Of a DNA stretch of 64,000 bases, positions 61,284-64,000 are shown in pieces (within the stretch, counting starts at the first letter, position 1; each line of letters begins with the position of its first letter). The stretch comes from an uncultured Acidobacteriota bacterium (GTDB lineage: Bacteria; Acidobacteriota; Vicinamibacteria; Vicinamibacterales; 2-12-FULL-66-21), in contig CAVYZR010000008.1 of the NCBI GenBank assembly GCA_963773005.1, forward strand, positions 3,607-67,606, given 5' to 3'. The position numbers and the translations under genes were made by a program. The notes under the pieces are model-generated. The model had not been told where the DNA came from. It saw only the letters and a list, made by a program, of their open reading frames with translations, and ran no database searches.

Positions 61284-62287
61284 CGTGAAGCTGGTGGCCC
61301 TGTTCGCCGCCGAGCACGGCATCCGGGGAGCCGCCGCCGCGGGCGAGAAAGTCGCCGACGACCGGGACGCGAAATCCGGCCTGCCGATCTTCTCGCTGTA
61401 CCTGGCGGAGGATCGCGGCCCGACGCCCGAGATGCTGAAAGAGGTCGATGCGCTCGTCTACGACCTGCCGGAGGTCGGCGGGCGGACGTGGACCTACGTC
61501 TCGACGATGGCGCTCTCGATGCAGGCGGCGGCACGAAAGCGCATCCCGTTCGTCGTGCTCGACCGGCCCAATCCCATTGGCGGCGAGATCGTGGAGGGAG
61601 CGCTGCTCGATCCGGCATTCAAGTCGTTCGTGGGGATGTATCCGATACCGGCCCGGCACGGCATGACCGTCGGCGAGCTCGCGACGTTTTTCAACAAGGA
61701 ATTCGGCATCGGCGTCGAGCTGATCGTTGCGCGCGCGGCGAACTGGCGCCGCTCTCAGTGGTTCGCCGACACCGGTCTTCCATGGCGGAACCCCTCACCG
61801 AATCTCAGATCGCCGGCGGCCTTGAACAACTATCCCGGGCACGGTCTACTTCGAGGGGACGAACCTGACGGAAGGCCGCGGGACGGACCGTCCCTTCGAG
61901 CAGGTGGGCGCGCCGTGGCTCGACGCGCCTGCGATCGTGAACAGCGATGAATGAGCGCCGCCTGCCCGGTATCCGTTTCGAGGCCATCACGATGGCCGTC
62001 GAACGCGGGGCGGCCAAGTTTCCAGGAGAGACCATTCCCGCGATCCGGTTTGTCGTCACGGATCGCGAAGCCTACCGCCCGGTGCGGACGTCGCTGCTGC
62101 TCATCGACGAAATCCGCCGGCAGCACCGAAGGAGTTCGCGTGGGGCAAGTCGATCGACAGGTTGACGGGGTCTGACAAGGTCAGGCTGGCCATCGACGGC
62201 GGAACGCTGCCGGCGCTTCTCGAGCAATGGGATCGGGAGGCCGCGGCGTTCCGCGAACGACGCCGGCCGTTCCTGCTCTACGACTGA
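61207..62287 (+). pseudogene. DUF1343 (NamZ-like exo-muramidase family) gene lacking its 5' end and carrying three frame breaks (near 61840, 61946 and 62128)
   Basis: IGLITNNAGIDRAG...ALFAAEHGIRG...FVVLDRPNPIGG...PIPARHGMTVGELA...LPWRNPSPNL, then [35 protein letters not shown] and KEFAWGKSIDRLTGS...LLYD, read in successive frames. Confidence 0.8.
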
Positions 62288-62435
62288 CGGTGGGCCGGTG
62301 TCGCGCCAAGACTTCTTTGTCTGGCTGGCTCGCTCGCTGTTTTCGGAGGAAGTCACCGCATAGCTTCGACGGCTCATTTGCCTCCCCGGTGTGACCGACC
62401 ACCTCACCGGTGCCGCCGAAGTTTGGCCAGATGGG

Positions 62436-63980
62436 TCAGAGTCTATTCGTCGTCTTGCCGAAACAGGCGAGCGAGCCCATGCTCCTGACGAGTACGCGAC
62501 CGTCCGCGAGGGCTGGCGTCGCATAGCAACCGTCGTCGAGTGAGCCCACTGAGAGTATCTCCCAATTCCTGCCAGCTTGAATGACCGCGGTGTGGCCCTC
62601 TTCAGAAACGATGAAGAGCTTGTCATCGGCGGCCACCGGTGAGGCATAACAGTTTCCCGCCAACCCGGCCACTCTTGCCCGTTTCGTAATCTCCCCCGAC
62701 TTGGGCTGCACTGCAGTCATGATGACGCCGTTCGCCACAAGATAGAGAATCCCGTCGTAGACCAGTGGCGATGGGACGTTGGGCACGTTCCGAAACTCCT
62801 CCCACGCCGGCGTGGTGGTCGTTTTCCCATCGGGATCGGTACTGACACGTAACGCTGTGACAACGGGCCTCCCCACCACGCCAGCAGAAAGGTCACCATA
62901 AGCCTTGATCCACTCGGCCTCGGAGATCCTTCCATCTTTGTCGCCAGCATGCTTCGCAGCCTGTGTGAGCACGGCGTCGAGTCGCCCGAACTCGCCGGGC
63001 TCGAGTATGCCGTCGCCATCGCTGTCGTTCGTCTTCAAGTACTCGGAAAATGGGGGGTACGAATCGACCGCAAAGTTGGTGCACACGAAGACATCCTCAT
63101 GAAGCACAGGAGTGGAGACGATGCTTCCTCCGGGCACCTTCGCTGTCCAACATTCGCGACCATCACGGGGATCGTAGGCAACCAACTTGTTGGGCCCGAG
63201 AACGACAATTTCGCAGCTACCGTTGTCGACGCTCCTGACGATCGGGGTTGAGTAGTTGTGAGAGAGCGGGTCCCGCTCCTTTCGCCAGCGTAACTTGCCG
63301 GTCCTGCTCTCGAAGGCTGCGATATACGAGTCGACGTACCCATCCAGGGGAATGACGATCGCGTCGTCGACGAGCACCGGGGAGGACGCAGGCCCCCAGC
63401 CAATCGTGAAAGGGCCGAGAGGAACGCGCCAGCGTTCCTTTCCGATCGAGTCGTACGAGACCAGCCCGTAGTCGCCAAAGAATGCGTAGACGTTCTCGCC
63501 ATCCGTGACCGCGGTCGACGATGCGGCGTGATTCAGCGTGTGTCGCGGCTCCGTGCGATCGGCATGGATTGTTTGCTCCCATTTCAGTTCACCGGTGCTG
63601 CGTTCGAGGCATAGAAGGGCCAGGTTGCGGTCCCGCTCCGCGGTCACGAAAATCGAGCTTTTGCTCAGCACCGGGGATGACTTTCCAGCGGGAAGGGAAC
63701 GCCGCCACAAGAGCGACGACGATCCGAGCTCGGATGGGTAACCCTTGTCGCCGGCGACTCCGGAGCCGTTGGGCCCCCGAAATCGCGTCCACTCCGTCGC
63801 CATCACACCAGAGCACCTCACCCTCGGTTGCATTGCGACCGCGGCGGCGAGTGCTTGATGGTGCGATAGCGCCAAGCCGGCCAATCCTGCCATGCCGGCG
63901 TGCAGAAAATTTCTTCGCGGCGTGACGCGACGATCTCGATCAATGCCACGGGGGGCGCGCAACCTTTCCCTGATATGCAT
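62436..63980 (-). CDS. PQQ-like/BamB-like beta-propeller repeat protein with Tat signal and an EF-hand-like insert
   Basis: RRNFLHAGMAGLAGLAL. Repeated propeller blades (G.L.W). DSDGDGILEPGE matches the DxDxDGxxxxxE calcium loop. Confidence 0.8.
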   Translation of the reverse strand: MHIRERLRAPRGIDRDRRVTPRRNFLHAGMAGLAGLALSHHQALAAAVAMQPRVRCSGVMATEWTRFRGPNGSGVAGDKGYPSELGSSSLLWRRSLPAGKSSPVLSKSSIFVTAERDRNLALLCLERSTGELKWEQTIHADRTEPRHTLNHAASSTAVTDGENVYAFFGDYGLVSYDSIGKERWRVPLGPFTIGWGPASSPVLVDDAIVIPLDGYVDSYIAAFESRTGKLRWRKERDPLSHNYSTPIVRSVDNGSCEIVVLGPNKLVAYDPRDGRECWTAKVPGGSIVSTPVLHEDVFVCTNFAVDSYPPFSEYLKTNDSDGDGILEPGEFGRLDAVLTQAAKHAGDKDGRISEAEWIKAYGDLSAGVVGRPVVTALRVSTDPDGKTTTTPAWEEFRNVPNVPSPLVYDGILYLVANGVIMTAVQPKSGEITKRARVAGLAGNCYASPVAADDKLFIVSEEGHTAVIQAGRNWEILSVGSLDDGCYATPALADGRVLVRSMGSLACFGKTTNRL

Positions 63981-64000
63981 GCGGTAGCGGAAAGTGTACA

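Overview
GC-rich (roughly two-thirds G+C by eye) bacterial chromosomal window. I can support about 55 protein-coding genes or gene remnants. I found no rRNA, tRNA, CRISPR array, transposase or integrase. The gene content suggests an Acidobacteriota-like soil bacterium, but this is inference only: a carboxypeptidase-regulatory-like TonB-dependent receptor, long TPR proteins, three tandem CRTAC1/ASPIC-UnbV FG-GAP proteins, a GH43 hydrolase, an ECF sigma factor paired with a Ser/Thr kinase, and many secreted hydrolases. Main blocks: (1) 0-10 kb, nhaA fragment, P450, PAP2, GT9 plus a polytopic membrane protein, and housekeeping enzymes. (2) 10.2-11 kb, a non-coding mosaic made of duplicated gene ends. 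(3) 11.6-14.9 kb, kinase plus ECF sigma. (4) 15.1-30 kb, a co-directional TonB receptor / TPR / TPR / 3x CRTAC1 / GH43 cluster with 4-nt ATGA overlaps. (5) 30-47 kb, mixed genes including a DNA ligase, a second kinase, DUF481, an APC permease, HNH, NlpC/P60 and MtgA. (6) 47-50.7 kb, a GNAT / subtilase / GNAT unit whose protease carries about 12 tandem [D/E]NIVWGT repeats. (7) 51-64 kb, two orphan ABC permeases, several secreted serine hydrolases, a decayed hicBA module, a sulfatase, and a truncated CadC/TolB-like regulator fused to a 5'-truncated, frameshifted DUF1343 (NamZ-like) gene. The most striking window-wide signal is about 18 single-nucleotide reading-frame breaks, 15 of them apparent +1 insertions, in otherwise well-conserved genes. 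Each is visible because family motifs continue in a shifted frame. This means either extensive pseudogenisation or an unpolished assembly, and it should be resolved before any functional interpretation. All family assignments come from motif recognition by eye; no database search was run.
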